DNA of 64,000 nucleotides, taken from positions 693 to 64,692 of the forward strand of contig PLYO01000010.1 of NCBI GenBank assembly GCA_003151825.1, given 5' to 3'. Under the pieces are notes generated by a model that worked only from the letters and a program-made list of their open reading frames with translations, made no database searches and was not told the DNA's origin. Origin of the DNA: Ignavibacteriota bacterium (GTDB lineage Bacteria > Bacteroidota > Ignavibacteria > Palsa-1295). A program made the position numbers and the translations under genes. Positions 10,326 through 19,295 of the stretch are shown in pieces (the first letter of the stretch is position 1; the number at the start of each line of letters is the position of its first letter).

Positions 10326-10584
10326 AAAAACGGCGCGAGAGTTTCCTTTTTCTTTCGAAAAATTCCTTCCACCTAAACTATAAACGCCGCATACCGCAAT
10401 TTTTAACGAATCGGAAACAACGATGAGAGGGAATTCACGAGATCGCCACGCACTGATTCGCTTCCGCAGCGTGGGGAGGACAGTTCCCCTCGGCCTGTGT
10501 CGTCCCCCATCACCTGTCGCAGCAGCGGGGGCTACGATGCCGGCTGAGGGTCAGCCACTTGTTGGGCGGCGGCAGCTTTCGGGC

Positions 10585-10618
10585 AAAAAAAATCCCCGCG
10601 TTGTGAGAGCGCAGGGAT
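10585..10618 (-). terminator. Rho-independent terminator
   Basis: Minus strand: atccctgcg-ctctcacaa-cgcggggat (9-bp stem, one G-U pair), followed by tttttttt. Confidence 0.7.
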
Positions 10619-10691
10619 AAGGTGAGAGAGGTTTATTGTTTAGAATTTAATCCTGCTTGAGGCAGGATATTGGTTGCAAAATTTATATTTC

Positions 10692-10874
10692 TCACGCTAC
10701 CGAATTTGGATTGGCGTCCATCCATAATGTAAAGAGGTCGTAAGAAGGCGTAAGGTTTCTTATCGCGCACCTGCGGATAAATTTCTCAACGGTCGTTAGT
10801 GCTGACAAGCAGAAGGCGTCGGTTTCTGAATGTTTCGTCACCAATAGGTCTAAATCGGAATCGAATGTTTTCAT
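10692..10874 (-). CDS. Hypothetical small protein
   Basis: 60 aa. AAGGA Shine-Dalgarno-like sequence about 8 nt upstream of the ATG. A rho-independent terminator lies ~75 nt downstream on the same strand (10585-10618). No family recognised. Confidence 0.4.
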   Translation of the reverse strand: MKTFDSDLDLLVTKHSETDAFCLSALTTVEKFIRRCAIRNLTPSYDLFTLWMDANPNSVA

Positions 10875-10969
10875 TTGATATCCTTACATGATAGAATCGT
10901 GCCAACTCTCTGTTTGTGCCTCCGGCGAGTGTTTTGTGTCATTCCCATTGCCCATAGCGGCGTGAATGC

Positions 10970-11058
10970 CTGAACTATGATTCATGCGATTGGCTTCGAT
11001 GACTACAGTGGCAGGAAATCATGGCTCCATTGAGTGAATCGTATGAATCATAGTTCAG
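10970..11058. repeat. 22-bp inverted repeat with a 45-bp spacer
   Basis: ctgaactatgattcatgcgatt (10970-10991) compared with aatcgtatgaatcatagttcag (11037-11058). 21 of 22 positions are complementary. Confidence 0.85.
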
Positions 11059-11263
11059 ACAATTTCCTTAGAAAATTCGTCGCTTGCCTGGAACTCGGAC
11101 TTTTTCGTTGCATAAATTCATGAACATTTGATGAGTATTAACCGAGCACACACGCTTTTAGCACCTTTTCTTGTGGACACAATGGTGTTTTTCGAGCAAT
11201 AATGGAGATTTCTCTTTTGGAAAGTTGCCGGGAGCACAGCGCGCGTGTCGTAATTTTGCATAA

Positions 11264-12922
11264 ATGAAAACAATCGGTTCTCCGGTGGATGCGAATGCGC
11301 TCCCCTACCAAACGCTCTTGGATTGGTCGAATAATGCGTTGCGCAAGCTTTCGGCGCTTGGTGACGAGGCGCGCCTTGGCGGCGGCATCAAGAATATCGA
11401 GAAGCAGCACGAAAAAGGCAAACTCACCGCACGCGAGCGAATTGAGAAGCTGATCGACCCCAATTCCGATTTTATCGAGATCGGCCTTTTTGCCGCGCAT
11501 GGATTGTACGAGAGCGAGGGTGGAGCACCCTCGGCGGGTGTGGTCGTGGGGATTGGCCGCGTAAGCGGGCGGCTGGCAGTAATCGTTGCGAACGATGCCA
11601 CGGTGAAAGCCGGCGCGTGGTTTCCGATGACGTGCAAGAAAAATCTGCGGGCGCAGGAGATTTCGATCGAGAACCATTTGCCGATCATTTATTTAGTCGA
11701 TAGTGCGGGCGTATATCTCCCAATGCAGGACGAAATTTTTCCCGACAAAGAGCATTTCGGCAGAATTTTCCGGAACAATGCGGTGATGTCGTCGCAAGGT
11801 ATTGTCCAGCTTGCGGCAATCATGGGGCCGTGCGTTGCCGGCGGAGCGTATCTGCCAATCATGTCGGACGAGGCGATGATCGTTGAAGGGACCGGACATG
11901 TATTTTTGGCCGGCAGCGCGCTTGTCGAAGCTGCAATCGGCGAGCGAACAGATAACGAATCCCTCGGCGGCGCGCGGGTGCATTGCGAAATTTCCGGCGT
12001 CACCGATTACAAAATGCCGAACGACGATGCTTGCCTCATCGAGCTTCGCAGCATCATGAGCAAGCTTGGCCCGATGGAGCGCCATCATTTCGACCGCATC
12101 GCTGCAAAACCGCCGCTCTACCCCGCTGACGATCTTCTCGCCCTCGTTCCACAAGATCGCGCAAAGCCGTATGATATGTATGAAGTCCTCGCCCGCATCG
12201 TGGATGGTTCCGAGATCGACGAATACAAAGCCGATTACGGCAAGACGATTATCACGGCTTACGCGAGGATCGATGGATGGTCCGTGGGCATCGTTGCCAA
12301 CCAGCGGGCAGTTGTGAAAAATGCGAAGGGCGAGATGCAAGTTGGCGGCGTCATTTATTCGGACTCGGCGGACAAAGCGGCGCGCTTCATCATGAACTGC
12401 AATCAAAAGCATATCCCACTCGTCTTTTTGCAGGATGTGACGGGTTTTATGGTCGGCACGCGCTCGGAGCATGGCGGGATTATCAAGGACGGCGCGAAAA
12501 TGGTGAGCGCCGTTGCGAATTCCGTTGTGCCAAAGTTTACCTTTATCGTTGGGAACTCGAATGGCGCCGGGAACTACGCGATGTGCGGGAAAGCCTACGA
12601 TCCGCGCATGATCTTTTCGTGGCCCACGTCGCAAATTTCGGTGATGGGCGGCACGCAGGCGTCGAAGACACTGCTTTCGATTAAATTAAGCAGCCTGAAA
12701 AAATCTGGCGGAGCAATTTCAGAAGAAGTGCAGAAAAAAATGCTCGCCGATATTCAGAAAATCTATGACGAGCAGACCGGCCCGCTCTACGCTGCCGCGC
12801 GGCTCTGGACCGATGGCATTATCGACCCGCGCGATACGCGTCAAATCGTCTCGACCGGCATCGCCATGGCAGATCATGTGCCGGAAATCCCGAGATTCAA
12901 CGTGGGGGTGATACAGGTATGA
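11264..12922 (+). CDS. Acyl-CoA carboxylase carboxyltransferase (beta) subunit, methylcrotonyl-/propionyl-CoA carboxylase type
   Basis: 552 aa. KLTARERIEKLIDPNSDFIEIG, GGAYLPIMSDEAMIVEGTGHVFLAGSALV, and two carboxyltransferase halves. Substrate cannot be assigned from sequence by eye. Confidence 0.9.
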   Translation: MKTIGSPVDANALPYQTLLDWSNNALRKLSALGDEARLGGGIKNIEKQHEKGKLTARERIEKLIDPNSDFIEIGLFAAHGLYESEGGAPSAGVVVGIGRVSGRLAVIVANDATVKAGAWFPMTCKKNLRAQEISIENHLPIIYLVDSAGVYLPMQDEIFPDKEHFGRIFRNNAVMSSQGIVQLAAIMGPCVAGGAYLPIMSDEAMIVEGTGHVFLAGSALVEAAIGERTDNESLGGARVHCEISGVTDYKMPNDDACLIELRSIMSKLGPMERHHFDRIAAKPPLYPADDLLALVPQDRAKPYDMYEVLARIVDGSEIDEYKADYGKTIITAYARIDGWSVGIVANQRAVVKNAKGEMQVGGVIYSDSADKAARFIMNCNQKHIPLVFLQDVTGFMVGTRSEHGGIIKDGAKMVSAVANSVVPKFTFIVGNSNGAGNYAMCGKAYDPRMIFSWPTSQISVMGGTQASKTLLSIKLSSLKKSGGAISEEVQKKMLADIQKIYDEQTGPLYAAARLWTDGIIDPRDTRQIVSTGIAMADHVPEIPRFNVGVIQV

Positions 12923-12988
12923 GGGAATAATCCGGCGCTGGGAGTTTATGAAGTTGCACGGGCGTTTCGAGGCTTCATTCCAAACCTT

Positions 12989-14044
12989 GTGACCGAACAA
13001 CCACCCCCTGACCCCCGCCTTGAAAAGGCGGGGGAATCCATCGCGATCGTGCTCCTGCAATTTGGCGGGCCGGATTCGCTCGATGCGGTCGAGCCGTTTC
13101 TGTTCAATCTTTTTAACGATCCCGACATTTTCCAGCTCCCGCTCCTTAAGAAAGAATGGGCTGCGCGGTTCGGGCCGCGCTTTCAGCGATTTGTTGCGAG
13201 CAAGATTTCCTCGCGCCGTGCCAAAGTAGTCCGCGAGAAATATCATGAAATCGGCGGAAAATCCCCGATCATCGAACGGACCGAAGAACAGCGGCAAGCA
13301 TTGCAAATATATTTCGAGGAGCACTATCCTGAAATAAAAACGAGCGTTCGCATCGCCGCGCGATACTGGAATCCGTTGACTGCGGAAACGATGCAATCTC
13401 TCATTCGTGACGGGATTAGCGAAGTTATTCTGCTGCCGCTGTATCCGCAGTATTCCAGCGTCAATGCCGGTTCGAGTTTTAACGAATGGGATCGCCAGGT
13501 AAAAGCCCTCGGCGCGCATTTCGTGGAGCGGCGCGTTCGGGAATATTACAAGCATCCGAAATATATTGCCGCGATCAATGCGCGGGTCGACGAATCGCTC
13601 GGCGCGTTCGAAAAACCGGAGAAGGTATTTCTTTTATTTTCTGCGCACGGAACTCCGCTCGATGTGGTGAAACGCGGCGATCCCTACTCCGAGCAAATCC
13701 GCGAGACGATGGAACTTGTGATGTCGCAGAGAAGTCGCGATAAACAGTACATGCTTTCGTTCCAGAGCAAAGTCGGGCCGAAAAAATGGCTGACACCTTC
13801 CACAACTGCAACCATCGCTGAGTTGGGCAGCATCGGAATCACCGATCTCCTCGTCATTCCCATCGCATTCGTAAGCGATCACATCGAAACGTTGCACGAA
13901 CTGGGCATCGAAGCGCGCGAGACTGCGGAACAAGCCGGGATCAAGAATTTCCAGGTCATGAAAGGCTTGAACGACCATCCGCTGTTCATCGAATGCCTTG
14001 CCGATATTGCTCTTCACGAAATTCACGCGCTGACACACGAATGA
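12989..14044 (+). CDS. hemH: Ferrochelatase
   Basis: 351 aa with a GTG start. IAIVLLQFGGPDSLDAVEPFLFNLFNDPDI, LLPLYPQYSSVNAGSS, FSAHGTPL, AFVSDHIETLHELGIE. Confidence 0.93.
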   Translation: MTEQPPPDPRLEKAGESIAIVLLQFGGPDSLDAVEPFLFNLFNDPDIFQLPLLKKEWAARFGPRFQRFVASKISSRRAKVVREKYHEIGGKSPIIERTEEQRQALQIYFEEHYPEIKTSVRIAARYWNPLTAETMQSLIRDGISEVILLPLYPQYSSVNAGSSFNEWDRQVKALGAHFVERRVREYYKHPKYIAAINARVDESLGAFEKPEKVFLLFSAHGTPLDVVKRGDPYSEQIRETMELVMSQRSRDKQYMLSFQSKVGPKKWLTPSTTATIAELGSIGITDLLVIPIAFVSDHIETLHELGIEARETAEQAGIKNFQVMKGLNDHPLFIECLADIALHEIHALTHE

Positions 14045-14808
14045 AAGATATTCGGCTTTTCATGGAGGACATCGCTCGTGGCGCGGGCGAAATAACGCTC
14101 AAGTATTGGAAAAACTCCGATCTCGAAATTATCACCAAAGGCGATGCAAGCCCGGTGACGCGCGCTGACCGTGAATCGGAAGAGTATCTTCGCAAGCGGA
14201 TTCGCGAGCATTTCCCAAATGATAGAATTCTCGGTGAGGAATTTGGCGAGGATGGTTCGAACGCAAGCCGTCGCTGGATACTCGATCCGCTCGATGGCAC
14301 GAAGAGCTTCGTTCATGGAGTACCAATATACGGTGTGCTGATAGCGCTCGAACAGGATGGGCAAATAACGCATGGCGTTGTTCATCTTCCAGCGATGAAA
14401 GAAACTGTTTCAGCGGGAATCGGCGAAGGTTGCTACCTCAATGGCCATCGATCACATGCGTCCAATAAGTCCGAGTTGTCCGATTCTTTGCTATGCACAA
14501 CAAGTCCCACTCGATTGGAGGAACTCATCGGTCGTGCGAAATACGATACCATCACACGATCGTTCGGTATTTATCGCGGATGGGGCGATTGCTGGGGACA
14601 TATTTTGGTAGCGACCGGCCGCGCCGAGGCCATGCTCGATGCTCGAATGGCCTTATGGGATGCTGCTCCGCTCGGAGTAATCGTCTCCGAAGCTGGCGGC
14701 AAGTATTTCGATTTTACAGGCGAGCAGCGGGTCGATGGCGGGCATCTCGCAAGCTGTGCGCCGGGTGTTGCTGATGCTGTCTATGAAATGCTTTTGAATG
14801 ATGCCTGA
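14041..14808 (+). CDS. Inositol-monophosphatase-family phosphatase (SuhB/HisN-like)
   Basis: WILDPLDGTKSFVHGVP metal-binding motif and YRGWGDCWG. I prefer the ATG at 14041 (MKDIRLFMEDIARGAGE...), which overlaps the hemH stop as ATGA, over the track start at 13993. The 3' end overlaps the next gene by 11 nt. Confidence 0.85.
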   Translation: MKDIRLFMEDIARGAGEITLKYWKNSDLEIITKGDASPVTRADRESEEYLRKRIREHFPNDRILGEEFGEDGSNASRRWILDPLDGTKSFVHGVPIYGVLIALEQDGQITHGVVHLPAMKETVSAGIGEGCYLNGHRSHASNKSELSDSLLCTTSPTRLEELIGRAKYDTITRSFGIYRGWGDCWGHILVATGRAEAMLDARMALWDAAPLGVIVSEAGGKYFDFTGEQRVDGGHLASCAPGVADAVYEMLLNDA

Positions 14809-16129
14809 TTTCATTGTTATCGGCGCGGGCATTTCCGGCTTGACCGTTGGGCACAAACTCGCGCGAGCAGGGAAGGACGTAATCGTTCTTGAATCTTCTA
14901 CTACAGCCGGCGGGAAAATTGCTACCGAAAGAGTGGATGGTTACCTTCTTGAAGCAGGCCCAAGTTCTCTTCGCGTAGAAAATAAGGAGACAGTCGATCT
15001 TATCGAAGAATGCGGATTGTCAGGCCGTGCAATCGAGGCAAGTCCAAATTCAAAGAAGCGCTTCATTCTCAAGAATGGCCGATGGATAAAAATTCCCAGC
15101 ACTTCGAGTGAAGCAATTTCAACTCCTCTGTTTCCTTTAAGCGGTAAACTGCGAATCACTCTGGAGCCATTCATTTACAAAACAAAATTGGATGATGAAT
15201 CGGCCGCTTCGTTTATCGAGCGAAGATTGGGGAATGAAGTATTGGATTATGCCGCCGATCCTTTCATCAGCGGAATATATGCCGGCGATCCGCATAAGCT
15301 AAGCATGCGCCATGCGTTTCCTAAAATGTGGAAAGCCGAACAAGAGCATGGATCACTTTTGAGAGCCAGGATTAAAGGACGCAACGGACATCCAAATGAC
15401 CTAAAACCGCGCGTACTATCTTTCCCTGACGGGCTTTCTGAGCTAACTAATGCAATGAAGTCCAAACTTGGAGATCGACTTCAGCTTCATAATAGCGCAC
15501 TTAGCATAGGCCGGTCTGCAAACCAATATGCCGTCAGCACATCTGCGGAAAATTTCCACTCCTCCCAAATAATCTTCGCGCTGCCGGCGTATGATGTAGC
15601 ATCTATGATAGAATCTTTTACGCCGGATTTATCGCGCGCGCTTCTCGCGGTAGATTACCCTCCGGTCGCGGTCGTGTATCTTGGCTACCCGAAAGATCGC
15701 TTTGCAATCGTGCCAGAGGGCTTTGGCGGACTGATCCCATCGATAGAAAATAGAAACATTCTTGGTGTCATCTTTTCATCATCAAATTTTCTAAATCGTG
15801 CACCGGAGGGTCATATCTTGTTCACCGTTCTTATCGGTGGCGCTCGGCATTCTGAAATTGCAGAATGGCCAAACGAGAAAATTCTTGAAATGGCAACTTC
15901 TGAAATAAACGATCTTTTAAAACCAAATGGCTCACCGGCTTTTCGGCACATAAGACTTTGGAAGCGGGCTATTCCACAATACAATCTTGGCTACAGCGCA
16001 ATCTTAGATGCAATTAACAGCGCCGAGCTGGATAATCCCGGTCTTCATTTCATCGGCAATTATCGCGGCGGCATTTCGATGGGCGCGTGTATCAGGAATG
16101 CAACGGAACTCGCGAACAGGCTTGTTTGA
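14798..16129 (+). CDS. hemY: HemY-type FAD-dependent protoporphyrinogen/coproporphyrinogen oxidase
   Basis: 443 aa. Dinucleotide-binding DFIVIGAGISGLTVGHKLARAG...VLESSTTAGGKI, amine-oxidase fold length, and haem-cluster context. Confidence 0.88.
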   Translation: MMPDFIVIGAGISGLTVGHKLARAGKDVIVLESSTTAGGKIATERVDGYLLEAGPSSLRVENKETVDLIEECGLSGRAIEASPNSKKRFILKNGRWIKIPSTSSEAISTPLFPLSGKLRITLEPFIYKTKLDDESAASFIERRLGNEVLDYAADPFISGIYAGDPHKLSMRHAFPKMWKAEQEHGSLLRARIKGRNGHPNDLKPRVLSFPDGLSELTNAMKSKLGDRLQLHNSALSIGRSANQYAVSTSAENFHSSQIIFALPAYDVASMIESFTPDLSRALLAVDYPPVAVVYLGYPKDRFAIVPEGFGGLIPSIENRNILGVIFSSSNFLNRAPEGHILFTVLIGGARHSEIAEWPNEKILEMATSEINDLLKPNGSPAFRHIRLWKRAIPQYNLGYSAILDAINSAELDNPGLHFIGNYRGGISMGACIRNATELANRLV

Positions 16130-16137
16130 GCGAACCT

Positions 16138-17166
16138 ATGAGCAAACACAATCACGAATTGGAGACCGGCGAACTGACCATTCCAACAAGTTCTCGTACC
16201 CGTCGCACACGCATGACTGAGCGGCACCGCAGCCTTGTGCGCGAGACAATACTTTCTCCGTCCAACCTAATCCTTCCCCTTTTCGTCGTTGAAGGCCAGT
16301 CCAATTTCCGAAAGCCAATCGACTCGATGCCTGGTGTCGAACAGCTTGGCATGGATGGCATTCTCGCTCAAAGCGAATCAGCTCTCAAAGCAGGATTGGG
16401 CGGAATAATTTTATTCGGCATTCCTGAGCACAAGGATGAATTTGGTTCCGAGGCATACAATGATCGAGGAGTAATTCAAAACGCGGTCTGGGAGATAAAG
16501 CAAAGATTTCCGGAGCTTCTTGTCGCCACCGATGTCTGTCTTTGCGAATACACCGATCACGGACATTGCGGCGTCGTCGAAAGGAATCGAAATGGCGAAA
16601 TCGAAATCGTGAACGACAAGACAGTTGATTTGCTCGTGCGCGAGGCTGTGAGCCACGCCGAAGCCGGAAGCGATTTGATTTGTCCGAGCGACATGATGGA
16701 TGGGCGCATCGGAGCAATACGCGATGCGCTCGATCAGAATGGATTCGAATCGCTGCCGATCATGAGCTATTCGGCGAAATATGCTTCGGGATTGTATGGC
16801 CCGTTCCGCGATGCAGCGGGAAGTATGCCAAGCTTTGGCGACAGGCGTTCCCATCAGATGGACGTTGCGAACTCTGACGAAGCAATGCGCGTCGTGCAGC
16901 GCGACATTGAAGAAGGCGCGGACATCGTGATGGTGAAACCGGCGATTTCTTCGCTCGACATCATTCGCCGCGTTCGCGAGCAGTTTCTCGTGCCAGTCGC
17001 GGCCTATCAAGTCAGCGGCGAATACTCGATGATAAAAGCCGCAGCCCAAAACGGCTGGATAGACGAGGAGCGCGTAATGATGGAATCGCTCACCTCCATC
17101 AAGCGGGCGGGTGCTTCGATCATTCTCACCTATTTTGCACTTCGCGCGGCCAAGCTTCCCTCGTGA
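16138..17166 (+). CDS. hemB: Porphobilinogen synthase (delta-aminolevulinate dehydratase), Zn-type
   Basis: Cys-rich metal site DVCLCEYTDHGHCG and active-site Lys region DIVMVKPA. The ATG at 16138 (MSKHNHELE...) is preferred over the track start 16087, which overlaps hemY. Confidence 0.93.
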   Translation: MSKHNHELETGELTIPTSSRTRRTRMTERHRSLVRETILSPSNLILPLFVVEGQSNFRKPIDSMPGVEQLGMDGILAQSESALKAGLGGIILFGIPEHKDEFGSEAYNDRGVIQNAVWEIKQRFPELLVATDVCLCEYTDHGHCGVVERNRNGEIEIVNDKTVDLLVREAVSHAEAGSDLICPSDMMDGRIGAIRDALDQNGFESLPIMSYSAKYASGLYGPFRDAAGSMPSFGDRRSHQMDVANSDEAMRVVQRDIEEGADIVMVKPAISSLDIIRRVREQFLVPVAAYQVSGEYSMIKAAAQNGWIDEERVMMESLTSIKRAGASIILTYFALRAAKLPS

Positions 17167-17185
17167 ACCTTTTCGGTATTCACAC

Positions 17186-17294
17186 GTCATTGCGAGGAGG
17201 ACTGCGTAGCGATAGCGGAGCAGTCCGACGAAGCAATCTGTTGTTATCCACGACGAGATTGCTTCGTCGCTCGTTCCTCGCTTCTCGCAATGAC
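17186..17294. repeat. Nested-palindrome element, family A
   Basis: gtcattgcgaggag...cgacgaagcaatc...gattgcttcgtcg...ctcgcaatgac, between hemB and hemL. Confidence 0.9.
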
Positions 17295-17302
17295 TGCATA
17301 GT

Positions 17303-18583
17303 ATGAAAATCTCAAAGAGTAAGAATCTTTTCGAACGGGCGCTGCGCAGCATTCCCGGCGGAGTCAACTCCCCCGTTCGCGCATTCAAGTCCGTAGGAAT
17401 CGATCCGCTTTTTCTTACTCGCGGCGAAGGAGCTTATGTGTGGGACGCGGACGGCAATCGCTTCATTGATTTCGTAGGCTCATGGGGTCCGCTGATTCTC
17501 GGTCATTCACATCCTAAAGTAGTCGAAGCAATTCGCAAGCAGGCCCTCATCGCAACAAGCTTCGGCGCGCCGACCGAACTTGAGATAGAATTAGCCGAGC
17601 TTGTCATAAGTCTTATGCCCTCGATCGAAATGCTGAGGATGGTTTCGAGCGGCACGGAAGCTACGATGTCAGCCATAAGGCTTGCTCGCGGATATACCGG
17701 GCGCGAGAAGATAATAAAATTCGAAGGCTGCTATCATGGTCATGGCGATTCGTTTTTGATTAAGGCCGGCAGCGGAGCTTTAACTTTAGGGTCGCCAAGC
17801 TCTCCCGGAGTGACGGATGGGACGGCAAAGGACACATTGAATGCAGGATATAACGAACTTACGTCTGTTGAGAATCTTATTTCAGCGAATAAAGGTGAGA
17901 TTGCAGCGATAATTGTAGAGCCGATTGCTGGCAACATGGGCGTTGTTCCGCCAAAGCCGGGATTCCTCGCCGGGCTTCGGCACATTTGCGATCGAGAAAA
18001 GATCGTCCTCATTTTCGATGAAGTGATGACTGGCTTCCGTGTCGCGCTTGGTGGAGCTCAGGAACTTTACGGTATTCGTCCTGATCTCACAACATTAGGA
18101 AAAATCATTGGAGGTGGCCTTCCCGTGGGCGCGTTCGGCGGCAAACGAGAAATAATGGAAATGCTCTCGCCAGTTGGGCCGGTCTATCAGGCAGGAACGC
18201 TGAGCGGCAATCCGCTGGCGATGGCGGCGGGGTTAGCGACTTTAAGGACTCTTAGGGCCGAAAACCCTTATGCGGAGTTAGAACGTAAATCCGCATATTT
18301 GGAGCAGAGCTTTACGGAAAATATTCGTGCTGCCAATGTGAAGGCTACTCAGATGCGCGTTGGCTCGATGCTTTGTCTATTTTTCACAGACAAAGAAGTT
18401 ACCAATTACGAAAGCGCCATCACTTCGGACACAAACACATTCGGTAAATACTTCCGCGCAATGCTGGGTGCTGGTATTTATCTCGCTCCGTCGCAATTCG
18501 AGGCGATATTCGTTTCGACGGCTCATAGTGAGGAAGATTTGGAGCGGGCGGTGGAGGCGAATCGACGTGCGTTAGCGCCCTAA
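17303..18583 (+). CDS. hemL: Glutamate-1-semialdehyde 2,1-aminomutase
   Basis: 426 aa. [24 protein letters not shown], and the PLP-Lys region [16 protein letters not shown]. Confidence 0.95.
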   Translation: MKISKSKNLFERALRSIPGGVNSPVRAFKSVGIDPLFLTRGEGAYVWDADGNRFIDFVGSWGPLILGHSHPKVVEAIRKQALIATSFGAPTELEIELAELVISLMPSIEMLRMVSSGTEATMSAIRLARGYTGREKIIKFEGCYHGHGDSFLIKAGSGALTLGSPSSPGVTDGTAKDTLNAGYNELTSVENLISANKGEIAAIIVEPIAGNMGVVPPKPGFLAGLRHICDREKIVLIFDEVMTGFRVALGGAQELYGIRPDLTTLGKIIGGGLPVGAFGGKREIMEMLSPVGPVYQAGTLSGNPLAMAAGLATLRTLRAENPYAELERKSAYLEQSFTENIRAANVKATQMRVGSMLCLFFTDKEVTNYESAITSDTNTFGKYFRAMLGAGIYLAPSQFEAIFVSTAHSEEDLERAVEANRRALAP

Positions 18584-18592
18584 ACGCGAGAT

Positions 18593-18915
18593 CTATTCAA
18601 AAATGCTCTGACGTGCTTCGTTCCCCGCCCGGTAGCGTTGCCGATAGAGCTCCTCGACTTTCATCGTCTTGAAAAACGACTCCACCGCATGAGCGATCAT
18701 GTGAGTGTGTTATCCCAGCAATTGCCCTCGCGTGACATGCTCTGCCGGATGCCGTGGTCGTGCAAGAGAGATGGCGCGGTAACTCCAGGATGAGTACTGC
18801 ATCCGCAGTCGGAGTGCGGCAAGAGTCCCGACACGGATGCCGCCGTCTGACCGGACTCCACCAGAGCCAGTGCGTTCTGTTTAAATTCTTCGTCGTACTC
18901 GGATGCGGTACCCAT
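18593..18915 (-). mobile_element. Degraded IS3-family transposase remnant (orfA N-terminus joined to the extreme C-terminus of the DDE domain, with a frameshift)
   Basis: 72-aa ORF: EYDEEFKQNALALVESGQTAASV (IS3 orfA HTH region), then ...GIRQSMSREGNCWDNT (IS3 DDE C-terminal signature). The next frame (18593-18700) reads MIAHAVESFFKTMKVEELYRQRYRAGNEARQSIFE-stop, the usual IS3 transposase tail. Most of the catalytic core is missing. A possible terminal repeat TGTCACATAGCCCCAAA ends near 18987. Confidence 0.7.
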
Positions 18916-19295
18916 TGTACTGCCCTCGATTGTGCTACCTCACGAATTAACCGAGTTCAGCGTCTATTAATTTGGGGCTATGTGACATTTTTTTGTCACC
19001 TCCTTCGGGGTTTTGGAATCATTTCACATCCGCGCCCCGGGGTTTGCGCCGAATGGCTTCCTCCATTCGTCATTCATCATTTAAACGCATATAGCCCGAA
19101 GCATCCCGCTCCGGGCTACACGCGCTTCTTTCACCTTCACCACAGAAGGCGCGTATCGCACGATTGCTCATGCGCGCATGGTTGCTCATGCATCGCAGCC
19201 TTCGCTTATTACAATGCAATCCACAGCGTCAATAATTCCATTTCCATCCCCTTCGCGTTCACATATTTGATGATTAATGTTTCACCCATTTCCTC

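Noticed and set aside
12719-13555. 278-aa minus-strand ORF
   Set aside because: It is fully antisense to hemH, which has clear ferrochelatase motifs. This is a typical shadow ORF in GC-moderate coding DNA. The same reasoning rejects 11693-12634 (antisense to the carboxyltransferase gene).
13993-14040. Upstream extensions of several track ORFs (13993, 16087, 26505, 29830, 38041, 46322, 56827, 58364, 52304-52420)
   Set aside because: In each case an internal ATG aligns with the conserved family N-terminus or a signal peptide. The extension overlaps the preceding gene or a repeat, or begins at TTG/GTG.
16411-17388. 325-aa minus-strand ORF
   Set aside because: It is antisense to hemB and runs through the family A repeat. 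No recognisable domain.
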